The notes below the pieces were generated by a model that was given only the letters and a program-made list of their open reading frames with translations, searched no databases and was not told the origin of the DNA. From Podarcis gaigeae (Eukaryota): a DNA stretch of 64,000 nucleotides. Below are positions 24,556 to 36,700 of the stretch, one piece after another. Made by a program: the position numbers and the translations under genes. Position 1 is the stretch's first letter. Every line of letters starts with the position of its first letter. Location of the stretch: NCBI GenBank assembly GCA_964106915.2, contig OZ066925.1; one strand, given 5' to 3'.

Positions 24556-25470
24556 ATGTACATATATGGTGTTATAGATTTAAGAATTTATAAACCCTAT
24601 AAATTAATAAATGCTAGGATTTTGGTTATTTGGGATATCAAGGGTGAATGCAAGCTGAGAAAAGTTCCTGGACTATCTTATGCAAAACAACCTGGCTGAC
24701 CTATGGCTATCAAAATAAAAATTGATGGACATTAACAATACAAGAGAACTCCTCCCCCCTTGCCCTGAGGTGTGACTAGAGTTTGGTGATTTGGAAGTCT
24801 GGCTGGGAAGAATAAGGAGGAGGAAGAGCTGGAATCCATCTTGGGCAGGCTGGTTGAAGGCTCTCTGCACTGCAGTGGGGGACCAGTGGGGTTGCCATAT
24901 TCCAAAGAGCAAAAAAGAGGACAAATTTTTCGACTTCTGCTTTTAACTATGGGTCGCTATGGAGACTCTCATTTTAATGTTTTGTGAGCAGAGCTGCAGA
25001 ATTGGGCACATCCCATTGAGCTATAATTCTTTACTTTGTCCTTTTTGTACTAGAGATTCCCCACTATGTTTTTTTAAATGCCTGACTGTATCCCCAGATG
25101 AACCACATCAACAGCACTTCATTCCAGTGCCCACCCCCAAAACAAAAACAGCACTTCTGAGAAAAGCGTCCAGAATGCCCCTTTTCCACACTGACGTTAT
25201 TAGAAGAAACCCACAGCTGCCCACTGTCTCCCTGCTTCTAGGGAAAGGAAGCTAACTAGATGCCACACACCTGCTAATTTAACAGGCCAAGAAAGTAGCA
25301 ATGCCTTTTTGGCTCATTTAACCAAATGAGAGGTAGGTTGGTCTGAGATTACCCTCAAGGCTGGCCCAACCAGCACTGAGAAGGCAGGGGCCTGTACAGC
25401 CGATGAGCCCCTGATGACGTCCTTGCCCCTCCTCCCTGCTACCTCTGGGGCTGCCTCTGCACCCCTTCAC

Positions 25471-25719
25471 CCTCTGGAAGTGGCCCCTGCAGCGCTGGCA
25501 CTGGTTGCCAATCCATCTGGGTGGGCACTCACACTGGTTGGTGCTGGCCTGGCAGCACCCTTTGTTGGCACATGACTTGTCACACATCTTCGCCTTGGCA
25601 GCCACTCCAGCTCTGGCCACTGCCAGACCCAGCAGGAAAAGGACAGTGGCCAGCCAGAGCGGGCACCTGTGGAGGAGGAGGGCAAAGAGGCCACGCCACC
25701 TGCGGGCCCACTGCTCCAT
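25471..25719 (-). pseudogene. ATRN: Attractin (ATRN) exon 1-like fragment: signal peptide + EGF-like domain, CpG-decayed
   Basis: AKAKMCDKSCANKGCCQASTNQCECPPRWIGNQCQRCRGHF aligns without gaps to human ATRN AEAKECDRPCVNGGRCNPGTGQCVCPAGWVGEQCQHCGGRF (recalled); hydrophobic leader upstream; similarity stops at the exon-1 end and the CUB domain does not follow. Confidence 0.8.
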
Positions 25720-26071
25720 CACCTGAGGTAAAATGTACAGAAATGTGGAGAACAGAGCCCTGGGAGGAGGTGGGCAGCAGCTGCAAGAGCCTCTGCCTCT
25801 CAGCTTTGCACTGACGGGCAGTGGCTAACGAGGGCTGCGGCATGGCCTCCTTCTTCCTGGAGTGACAGAGGTCCGTGAGGCTCAACCTTAGTGCTCACTC
25901 TCCTCCTCTCACAACAATTCTGAGGAGAAGGAGGAGGCGGAGCATTGTGTGCCCCCACCCCCAGCATCCGCTCCCAATGACGTTGGCGTTGAAAGACCCT
26001 GGCGGTGGAGGGGGGGTAGGGAGGGAGATAAAAATAAGAGAGACCATAGAGAGTGGGAGTGCTAGTGTGCC

Positions 26072-26393
26072 TGAAATATACTCAGAGTCGCAAAGTGATT
26101 TCATGCTCTTTATTCAGCTCATAGTGGTGAGGAGGAATGAATGAATGTCCCCTCAAAGTATCTGCTTTATATACATTATTTACACAATGGGTTGCACATG
26201 ATTGGCTAATTCTGGAATTCTACTGTAAGCCAATCAGGTTGTGGATTCACTTATATCTGGAGCATGATTGGGTGGTTCCTGCCAACCAATCATATTGCTG
26301 CATTGTTCTAGGACCAATCAGACTGCTGCATTCTGAATCCTATTGTTCTAGGACCAATCAGATGTTGGATCCTATTCAACTCAGTACATAACA
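26072..26393 (-). mobile_element. Solo LTR, copy 1
   Basis: Minus strand TGTTATG...TTTCA; multiple CCAAT boxes, TATATAAA (26173-26166), AATAAA (26114-26109); near-identical to 46753-47082; flanks gtgcc/ccgcc match imperfectly. Confidence 0.85.
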
Positions 26394-27184
26394 CCGCCAC
26401 AGGCAAGTGCCTCTCTACAGCAGAACATCATAGAGAGGCTAATCTGCCTATGCATATTATGAAACTCAGCCAAGTCTATGGCTTTCTAAACTGAGAAGCA
26501 AGAAGCAAGGATACAAAATTGAGTGGATAAGAAATACAGTACAATATTTTCCTTTTGACTGTGCATGCTCTAAAAATGGATTTCTCTAGCAAAACATAGG
26601 TATGTCTGATAATGAGCTTGCTAATAGTTATCTAATAACATTATCATATATTACCCAAGTATATGGAAATGATGCATGATCCTGATCTATAGTGTGTTGA
26701 ATCTGCAGTTATTTCTGAAGAGATGTTGTGATGGGAGTCAATATGGTTATGTGCAAGGAAGCTGTAATATGAATTATAGCTTTGCTTGGGTGGATTATAC
26801 TTTTATTGGTAAACATATTCAGGCATTGATTTTCTGCCCCCCCCATTAATAATTGAAATACATGCAGAGAGAAATGTAACTTAAAAAATCATTCAAAGGC
26901 TATTAAGTGTTGCTGCATCCTAAGGCCCAGTTCAGCACCCCACTCTGTTCAGCAAACCACTTAAAAATTTGCTGAGATGTGTGTTTCTCTCTCTGTGTAT
27001 ACTGAACTATGACCAAGATACATGGAATACTACAAAATTGGGTCCTATGATAATGTCACTGGCAGTAGCAAGGCTTTATGTGTTAGTAATACAGAATGAT
27101 AGTACGGGTGTTAAGAGAGAACAACAGCTATATTACCATATCATTTTCATGGGATTTCTCAGATACTGAGAAACTAGGGCAAAT

Positions 27185-27876
27185 TGTTGTTGTTGTTTAG
27201 TTGTTTAGTCGTGTCCGACTCTTTGTGACCCCATGGACCAGAACACGCCAGGCACTTCTGTCTTGCACTGCCTCCTGCAGTTTAGTCGAACTCATGCTGG
27301 TAGCTTCAAGAACACTATCCAACCATCTCGTCCTCTGACGTCCCCTTCTCCTTGTGCCCTCCATCTTTCCCAACATCAGGGTCTTTTCCAGGGAGTCTTC
27401 TCTTCTCATGAGGTGGCCAAAGTATTGGAGTCTCAGCTTCAGGATCTGTCCTTCCAGTGAGCACTCAGGGCTGATTTCCTTAATAATGGATAGGTTTGAT
27501 CTTCTTGCAGTCCGTGGGACTCTCAAGAGTCTCCTTCAGTCCAATGCTGTAAAGAAAAATATTGCATAGGAACCTGGAATGTAAGAACCATGAACCTTGG
27601 TAAGGTGGATGTGGTCAAAAATGAGATGGCAAGAATAAATATTGACATCCTGGGCATCAGTGAACTAAAATGGACGGGAATGGGCGAATTTAGTTTGGAT
27701 GACCATCATATCTACTACTGTGGGCAAGAATCCCGTAAAAGAAATGGAGTGGCCCTCATAGTCAACAAAAGAGTGGCAAGAGCTATACTGGGATGCAATC
27801 TTCCCCTTCATGGATCACTGCCTTGCCGTGGCGAAGGGGCTTGAATAACTCAGAGAAGGTATGAACTATGCCAAGC
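27185..27876. mobile_element. BovB (RTE) insertion with inverted, rearranged 5' part and 9-bp TSD
   Basis: 27185-~27540 minus: BovB 3' end with (CAA)n tail; ~27541-27800 plus: endonuclease N-terminus (IGTWNVRTMN...DILGISELKW); ~27803-27876 plus: BovB 5'UTR; TSD agggcaaat at 27176-27184 and 27877-27885. Confidence 0.85.
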
Positions 27877-29159
27877 AGGGCAAATATATCTGTGGATTAT
27901 GGAGGGGATTTCTGCTTCCTGTACCACTGTGGTTGTTGATGAGAGGAAGATGCAGTACAGCCTTGACTTTCCTTGTCCTGATTGTGGGATGGGTTATATA
28001 TATTAATTGCAATTTATCTCTCCAGGTGCCCATGTGTGTGGTTGAACAGTTTCAAAATCCCATCCTTGGCATCTGATTGTAGTATAAACAGCTTCAGGCA
28101 TGTTCTTTGAGCTGCAGCTGCACCCTCATGGATGATCACAGAAAAAGAGAGGAGCAGGAAGTACACAGAGCCCTCTCTTCCAATTGTATTTCTATGGTCT
28201 GAGTATCTGTTTATCAGCAATACAGCTCTGTGGTACTTAGCCCCTTCTCAGGTTAACTCCTAGGAATACCCTTTTGTTAGGTTTGGCTGCTAATCACCCA
28301 CATTGGTGATCAAGTGGTCTCATAGAGCCAGTCCTGTCCCACTACTTGCTATGAAGCGAGGTGGTCTGCTGCAGTCCCCCAGCCCTGAGAATTTGTTGCG
28401 GAGGAGACACCAGGCTTCTCCTTCACTTGGCTGTTATCTGTATTGTGTTCTCAGAGTGGCCTCAGTGATCAGGACGTGTAATGAAGTTGGAATGATCTTG
28501 CCGTAAGGACTTCTCGGTTATGGAGCACAAGCACTCTGGCATAGAGACACACACAAGCCACACACAAAACCATGAAATGTGTATATATGGCTGATGAGTG
28601 AAGTTGTATGGGGAAATTTGACCATACCTGGCTAATAATATTTATAATAATCAGGCCACCTTGAATCCTGGACCCAGCCTGCAAGCACCTGAAGGCTGTC
28701 CCTGCTCTGATACTGCATAAATCAGCCCAGAGCTCCATGCAGATCTTGCCACAGGTTGACTGCAAATATTCCTGGTGGTGGCAGAAAAACCTCATGTGGG
28801 TAAAATATATCTCAGAGTGAAGATAGGGTGGTTGTAGATCAGCAGTGTGTATTTTGTGCAATAGTGTGTATTCTGTAGAGTGCAACTAACTAGAATACAC
28901 AACAACAGGCTCAGGCAACCCAATAAGCCGTTTTGGGTTTTTTTTGTAGAAGCCCCCAGGCCCTGGAGATGGCCAAAAAGCAACAGTATCACCCATAATA
29001 TAACGAGCACCGGCTTTTTGCGATGGCAAGGAATGTAGAACTTGAAGCCTGATATGAAAGCTGCCAGATTTTGAGAACAATTTCATGCTGGTATATTCAA
29101 TGCTGTGGTTTCCATTTATGTCATCATTATCATTATATTAACTAACTTTTCAAAAGAAC

Positions 29160-29510
29160 AAGACTTCTGTTCTCCAGGCTCAGCATGTTCAGTTCCTTCA
29201 ACCTTTGCCCTCTAGGGGTTGCTTTCTGCACCATGGCCCATCTCTGTTGTCTTTCTCTGAAAATGTTCCAATTTGACTACTTCTTTCTTAAACTGTAACA
29301 CCCAGAACTGGACTGACTCCTGGCAGAGGAGGTCTGACTAGTGCAAAATGACGTGGAGCTTTTGTTTCTTGTATCTTGGAAACTACATTCTTCTAAAGCA
29401 GCCTAAAGTCACATTTGCCTCCCCACACCCACCCTCTCAGCTTCTGACTCAAGTTCAGCTTGTGACTGACTACATCCCTGAGATCCTTTTCACATGTACT
29501 ACTGCCAAAG
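29160..29510 (-). mobile_element. Degenerate CR1 ORF2 fragment
   Basis: Similar to 5100-5430 (ttctccaggct...cccagaactggac...agatccttttcacatgtact). Confidence 0.7.
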
Positions 29511-30573
29511 GCAATATAGAGGCATTGCCAGGCCATCAGGAGGACTACCTAATTCTTGGCAATTGGAGGGTCAGAGTATTTAAGGAGACTTTTGGCTTGA
29601 GAATCTCAGCAACAGAACTTCAGTTCATGACTGAAGTTTACAAAACTGAGCCATGTAATGAATATTTGAGTTTTGCTACATAGCAAGATATTCTCTATCA
29701 TGAATTCTAAGGTCATTTCTCCCAAGTTGTTTAAAGGTTTGCTGTGTTCAAAACACCACTGGTAAGCATTATCTTCATTATGAAGGATGTTCAGCCATGA
29801 GGTTTAATCCACCACCCCCCCCCCCCCCATCCTGGCTGGAGAAGGAAATTGCTTTTAGTTTTATATTGTCTTGAATGGTGAAGCTCAATCTATGTACCTT
29901 TCATCATGATATGATGCCACCTACTTAGAGCTTGGTTATCTTTGTATAGCACTACCAGCATTAATCATTTTTGATTGTGGGGATAGAATCTGGTAAGAAT
30001 CTGACAATGTGATTTCTACTACAAAGTGTAGGCTTATTTTAGCTAGCAATTTGTATTTGGATTATCTGAGAAAACTAAAGGCATCAAACTTGTCTAGAAA
30101 CACTCCCCTGGGGAGCTGGGCTAACAGTTTCATGAGGAAATCTGTTCTATCACAGACTCAGGCTTAATTTGAGCCAGGGCTCAGTCCAGAAACTTAATAG
30201 GGCATATTAATGCACAGAACACCATCTCCTGGTAGATTTGAATGCAATTTACAGATATTGATCCTCCTAGCATGCACATGCCCCTGAGGAATACTGATTA
30301 CACAATTTGCACTAGGGGAACACTGCACACCTCCCTAAATGTTTCTGAGCATGTATAGACTGTCTGTTTGCCAAAGCACCCAACTCTTACCAAGTAGCAG
30401 CGGTTGCTTAAAGGGCTGAAATGCACATTTCCACACCGCCACCACCAGCTCCCCATCAGTGTCCAGTGTGTGGATTTCCAGTGGGTGTATGTGGTACATG
30501 CACAGATCTCCTCCCTTCATGCCTGCCCTCTCTCACACACACATGCACACAGCCCACGTTCAGTTTCTGGACT

Positions 30574-30624
30574 CCTCTGGACTCCTTCCAAAAGAGTCCT
30601 CTGGACTCCTTCCAAAAGAGTCCT
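30574..30624. repeat. 24-bp tandem duplication
   Basis: cctctggactccttccaaaagagt occurs twice in tandem. Confidence 0.85.
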
Positions 30625-30679
30625 CAATCTGCTGAAATTTTGGCTAATTCTGATTTAAGCATCTATGGGCATAAGGAAC

Positions 30680-30865
30680 ACCAGGATCTGCTTTATACTG
30701 AGTCAGACCAACAACCTATTTAGCACAATGTCATCTCCACTGACCAGCAGCATCTCTCCAGGGTTTGAGGCTGTGAATCCTTCCCAACACCACTTGGAGA
30801 TGCCAGAGATTGAACCTGGGAGCATTTACATGCAAGGCAGTTTCTCTGCCACTGAGTTGCAGCAC
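30680..30865 (-). mobile_element. tRNA-derived SINE (Squam3-like)
   Basis: Minus strand: ctcagtggcagag...ccaggttcaatctctggcatctcc...aaaccctggagag...ggtctgactcagtataaagcag. Confidence 0.6.
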
Positions 30866-31561
30866 TTCTTCAGCCCCTTAAGAGACACCAGAGCCATGAA
30901 TTTAAACCTTGCAGATGCCACAAAACTGCAACAACCAGAAATAAACAGAACCGTCAGCTGAGCCAAAAAATAAAACTTATCAAGAAACAGCAACAATGGT
31001 TTCAAGTCAACATGTAGGAGGTGAAAAGAATGTCCTTGCTAATCCTTTATTTAAGCAAACCCACAAAGACAAGCACAGTACTCAGTAGCTTTCAGACTTG
31101 GGCAAAGTGCAGTGGCATGTTTGACATTCTGCTAGAGTTCAAAGGGTGGCATAAAAGAGAGGCCGCTTCCCAAAGAAGAAAAGTACTATTTACAAATATA
31201 GGCTGTTATTTATACAGCTAACTCAATATTCTCTGGGAGTTTGTTTCTATTCTTTATTTAATAGTGCTGATTAAAGAGGAAGAAATGAATTTGGGGGTGA
31301 TGAAAGATTTCATGGCAATTTGGAAATGTAAAGAGCTGGAAGCCTCTATTAATCCAGTGCATAGAGAGACATCAAACTGAAATTGTTCTGCTGTCGTTTT
31401 TAATGAGAATATGGCTTTACATTGGCTCTTTTGCTTAGGGGATTAATTCTCACAAAAGATTTCTGTTTTGTTTTTTAAAATAAAGTCTGGTGTTTTGCTA
31501 AGTTATAAAACGTTAGGAACGATTTCTTCTTCCAGTTTCAGGGTTCTAAGGGAGTGTCAGA

Positions 31562-31655
31562 TCCATCCCCCTGCAATGCAGGAATCTCAACTAAAGCATC
31601 CATGACAGGTGACCATCCAGCCTCTGCTTAAAAACCTCCAAGGAAGGAGAGTCCT
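31562..31655 (-). mobile_element. CR1 3' fragment
   Basis: ccctgcaatgcaggaatctc...ctctgcttaaaaacctccaaggaaggagagtcc. Confidence 0.7.
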
Positions 31656-32181
31656 TCAAGTCAGCCTGGGTGGGTCCTCCTCCCTCAGTGAGTCAGTCTC
31701 CTCCCTGCCATTATCATCTGCCACTGCTGCTGTTGCTCACCTTCCCCTTCATTGATAGCAGCTCAGGGCCAATGAGCAAGTGGGCAGTGGCAACTCTTTC
31801 TCGCCACTACTGTTTCCTGTGTGTGAGAGAAGTGAGAAGTGAGAAAAGAAGCAAGCAGGATGCAAGGGGGAAGCAGAGGAGTAGGCTCAGTGGGTCCCTC
31901 AAGGAGGTGTGGTTCCTCAGCAGGTGCCTGACCATGCAGATCCTTGATGCTGGCTCTGCTATGGGAGATGGGTCTGATTCCTAACTAAAGAGCAGAGTTG
32001 ACTTACATACTAGTTGGTTCATTGAACAGCCACACGGCAGAGATACATTAAAGGAAAGTGTCTTATTTGGAGTATTGAAATGGGACTCTGTACCTACCAC
32101 CACATGTCCCTTGGTCACAGCTAAAAGCGTTCAAGTCCTCCTGTGCTGAGCAGGGAGTCAGGCTAGAAAACTTCTCAGTTT

Positions 32182-32814
32182 TTTGTTTTTTTTTTAAATG
32201 ATATTTTATTGAGTTTTACAAAAATTAACAACAATAAAATTAACTAAAATCACAAAAAACCAACAAACACACACATCAGAAATACAAACAAAAACACAGA
32301 ATAGGAAAAATAAAAACATAAAAAAGAAAATTAAACATTAAAAAAAAACTCTGTTTCAGATTAATACCCTTCCAAATCTTATTTTCTTTGCTTCCACCCG
32401 CCTTCCTTTCATGTATTCCACTTTAAAATTAGTTCAGCAATTATCATGTTATTCAAGTTCATCTTTTATCCTTCTCTTTATACTCTTACTTATCTTAATC
32501 ACTGGAACCCCTTCATTTCCTTTACAATGCCCTTAGCATTCATAAATTTTACAATGTTTTTGTAGATAAACTTTAAACTTCTTCCAGTCCTCTTCCACCT
32601 GCTCTTCTCCTTGATCTCGGATTCTGCCGGTCATTTCTGCCAGTTCCATATAGTCTATAACTTGTGCCTGCCATTCTTCCAGAGTGGGTAGATCTTGTGT
32701 CTTCCAGTGCTTTGCAATGAGTATTCTTGCTGCTGCTGTAGCATACATAAAAAAGGTTCTATCCTTCTTTGACACCAATTGGCCGACCATGCCCAGGAGA
32801 AAGGCCTCTGGTTT
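32182..32814 (-). mobile_element. 5'-truncated L1 with poly(A) tail and 19-bp TSD
   Basis: TSD ctagaaaacttctcagttt at 32163-32181 and 32815-32833; ORF 32533-32790 is the L1 ORF2 C-terminus (YATAAARILIAKHWK...PTLEEW...W). Confidence 0.9.
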
Positions 32815-33549
32815 CTAGAAAACTTCTCAGTTTACCCTCAACTCCAAAATGCTACAATTCCACATTAAGAGTTGTTAGCTATGGCAGCAAAAATGGAACC
32901 TCCATGTTAAAAGGGAGCATAGCTCTGCATACAGACGGCTGGTGGCAAATCACTGGAGGTTTACTGTCTTCATGCATTACTTATGGGTTTCCTGGAGGCA
33001 TCTTGCTGGTCCCAGTTGGAAACAGGATGCTGGACTGCATGGATTCTTGACTGGACCCTTCTGGGCTCTTCTTACATTTTCACATTCTGAGGATCAGCAC
33101 AAAGCCACCCAGCTTCAGTCAAAGCTTCTCCTAAGATTACACCCCCACACCTCTACTCAGAGCTAGTGCAGGTTGAGAATCTCTTTCATTTGCCCATTCA
33201 AATCCTCCAGAAGGAAACACTAGAAAACTCTCTAGGTCTTGGGCCTCCCAAAAGGTGAAGAAGAGCTTGCCGTACTGAGACATTGAACTGATTTTGAGGC
33301 AGGGTAAGAGAGCAGGAAAGGAAGGCAGATGCATCCATACGCATTAAAGCAACAACATTGGGTTGCTGGGTTGTGAACCACATGCACAAACAATGCACAT
33401 TTGCATAACGATGCTAATTAGAGTTGAGGCCCTCCTTGGTGCTAGATGGTGGGGGTGAGAGAGGGCATTTTCATCCCCGTTGCAATTTGATTGAAAGTAA
33501 CACTCTAAGTCTCTGAGGCTTGTCATATGCATTGTTGTGTATCACTTGA

Positions 33550-33712
33550 GAGGTAGTGTAGTTTAGTGTACTGGCTAAAAAGACTGAGTCCTGGGTTTTG
33601 ATTCAGCCATCAAATCACTTAGAAGGCCTTAGACAAACCATGATCTCTCTGAGCCCCTATGTACTCATACAGGAATAAAAATACTGACCCATTTGACAGG
33701 ATAGTTGAGGTT
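33550..33712 (+). mobile_element. MIR/CORE-type SINE remnant
   Basis: gtagtttagtgtactgg...cctgggttttgattc...ccttagacaaacc...tctctctgagcc...acaggatagttgagg. Confidence 0.5.
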
Positions 33713-36700
33713 ATATCTGTGAGGTTTTTCCAATATCTGGCAGGTACTTTATAAATGATAAATAATTTTTATAGGTGTTATTGGCTCTAGATCTTGTTTG
33801 GTCAGATCTATTATTCCATAATTTCAAATGTGGCTTTGTGGGAAGCATTCTACTGATGACTTCATTTGGCCTAATTTTATACCCATTAAAAAAGATAATC
33901 ACTTCCATGAATTTTCTGTCAGTAATATATATTTATTCCTATCATATGGGCAAATGGCATTCATTGCTAGTTCAAATTATCTATTTATCAGTCTTTTTAT
34001 ATCCTTCCAAATGTGTGTGACTCCAGTTCACAAAACAAAAATACTTTAATTGTTGTTGACAGGATGTAAAAGTTCTTGGAACTATTTATGTTACACTAAA
34101 GCAATGTTCTTTCATGTAGTGCAACAGTCCGTATACTGCCAAAGGATTCCATTGGTTGATCTATATGTATGTAATTTAAGGAACAGTAAAAGTGACAAGG
34201 TTATAGCAGATGAACAGATCTGAGCACTGTCATTTCAAATAACGGCTGAAATAATGGTGCTTCTGAAGTACTTTGGCAGATGGCTTGACAATACTTAGCT
34301 GACATTATGCTATGTTTCTTTGACACAATGCAGTATGTTTGCTGCAAAAACAATAATTCCAAAGTTTGCAACAAACAGTGTGTTCAGTCCTAGAATTGCA
34401 GCACATGCCATTTCATCACAGTCTCTATAACAAATCTGTTCTAGGTGTCATCATAAATAGATGAGATCAGCATTTTTTATTATAATGTCGAAATTCATGC
34501 TATAATGTGTAAGCTTGGAATAAATATACTAAAATTAATAGGGCAAAACTGAAAGTACCTATTGCTATCTTTAACAGTTATGGCAGCATTCCCCGTTGGC
34601 AAGTAGTATATTATTGTTATTTTTTAAAATAATAATAATAATAATAATGTGATTTTCACTCATTCTGAATTAACTTTGCCACTTTTCAGACATTCAACTA
34701 TGCATATTTAATGCCTATTTGGAGGGAGACAGCAAGCCCCATCCTTGACCTGCATGTGATCTGGTTCTGCTTGTGCAGCATGGCCAATGGCCAGGGATGA
34801 TGGGTGTTTTTATTCAGTGACACCTGGTGGGCCCAGAGTTCCCACACCTGCAACAGGGCTTGCCCTGAGTGCCACTTAAATGTAAACCCTGGTGATTATG
34901 TCCAGTTGGCTTGGATCCACCTGACATTCTATGGCATCAGGTGATTGAAAGGTGGATGAGGTTGCCCACCTCTTGAAAGGGCCTGGCGGTGGAGTGGACC
35001 CCTGTTCTGGGCATTGTTAGTAGAGAACAGAGACTGACAGGTGGTGGGTGCCCTGCATTTGTTAATATAGCATTACAAAGCCCCTGATCAATCATTGTGG
35101 CTTTCCATGGGTTCAGGTCTTTCTCACCCATGTTACCTTTTTAATTTTTTTTAAAAAATGGTTTTATTGATTTCCAATATATAACAACAATTGCAAAAAA
35201 GAGAGAAAGATACAAAAGCAAAATCCCAACTTACCCCCTCCTGCTCTAGGACAGATCAATCTAGTTACATTTGCCAAAGTCCAATCTATGATTTTTGTGG
35301 TTGCCATTCTTCAGGATGCTACTTGACGACATCATTTTTACTGAAATTGAATGTGAGATGTTCTTCATTCAAAGCATTGTAAACCACCCTGTGATCCTCG
35401 GATGAAGGGCAGTATAAAAAAAGAAAAAAAGAAATGTGCTATGTTACAGAATTATGCTCTCCCCCCCAAAGCAGCTGCTCTCTCCCCAATGAGCTGCAGG
35501 CCTTTTCAGGTGGTGCTTAAGGATGCCGCCCTCTGGTCTCCTCCTGAAAGAGTGGGAGAAATGCAGCCATCTTCTTGACCAGCAAATCAACCCTGCACAA
35601 CACAGCCAGCCAGGAAGCCATCTTAACCAGAGAAATGGGAAATTAGCCAATAAAATTCTGTGGAATAATTCATCTCACTGGACTGCATAGAGGGCATTCT
35701 GCAGAATTTTGGGGTGGAAAAGGTTTAAGATGGGGAACTTAACTGTGTTGTGCCCTTCCCAGAGCACTGTTAATATCACGAACACGTGCCAGTGTGTATA
35801 TTAGGAGAAATTTGCACTAAGATGCTGAAGAATTTTCATGAGACCTTAAAAACAAATGAAACCTGATGAGACAATGTGGGGAACAAAAGATTGGGGGGGG
35901 GGGAGAGAGAAAATCAGAGAAAACCAAATTTGACATATATTTGCCTTTCCCTACCAATGCTTTTATCCGGACCTCCTGAAAATCCTGTCAACACTTGAAT
36001 GATGAAAAATGACTTTTTATTTACTTTTTGCAGTCCTGTGGCCCATAAAAAGGGAAGTCCTTTAACAACAAATTGAAATGAGCACAGTGCTAGGAATATC
36101 CTCCACTCAGCGTTTTCCTTCTGCCTTAAGACAAGAGGGAACGTGTGATTTTTGAAACCTGGATGACAAAATGCAAAGGCACTTTCACAGCCAATTTCTT
36201 GCAACGGGTGAGGACTGTAATGTGTCTGACATGTACCAGAATCAGTAACTCTGTATCCAGCGTGCCCTGAAGAACTGAAACTGTCGCTTGATATTCTGTG
36301 GAAAAGACTCCAGGAGTAACTTCAAACACACTGTCAGCACCTTGTAGGACTTGTTAATTTCCCTTCAGGTGAAGGCAACAATAGCTTTCAGCCCAAAAGG
36401 CTTTCTTCATGTTGGGGAAAGAGAATACAGCATATATCTTTCCCTGGACTATGTTTGAAAATGTCTGCCAGTATTCGGAGCTGAAGACCTTAAATATTAG
36501 CTGTGGTTAATGCACTTACTTACTGTAGGTTTGCCAGTAAACTGTCACTTCAGAGAGAGAGATGGTAAATAATTTGCACTTAAACCCTTGCCACACCTGC
36601 CCTGCTCCTGCTCCTCCTTGTCACCTGTGAAGCCACCACTTTGTAGTCCTTTCAAATATGTCTCTGGGAGGGTTGTGGGTTTATTTTTATTTTTTTTGCT

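Noticed and set aside
25318-25722. The functional ATRN gene
   Set aside because: CpG-decay pattern, no CpG island, a weak donor, and no further ATRN exons recognised in the 25 kb downstream on the minus strand.
26929-26945. Additional RE1 sites (also ~15703 and ~36333, TCAGCACC)
   Set aside because: Left half-sites only; no GGACAG half at the canonical spacing.
35862-35890. Second hammerhead (CTGATGAG; also ~28591)
   Set aside because: No stem II followed by GAAA and no closing stems.
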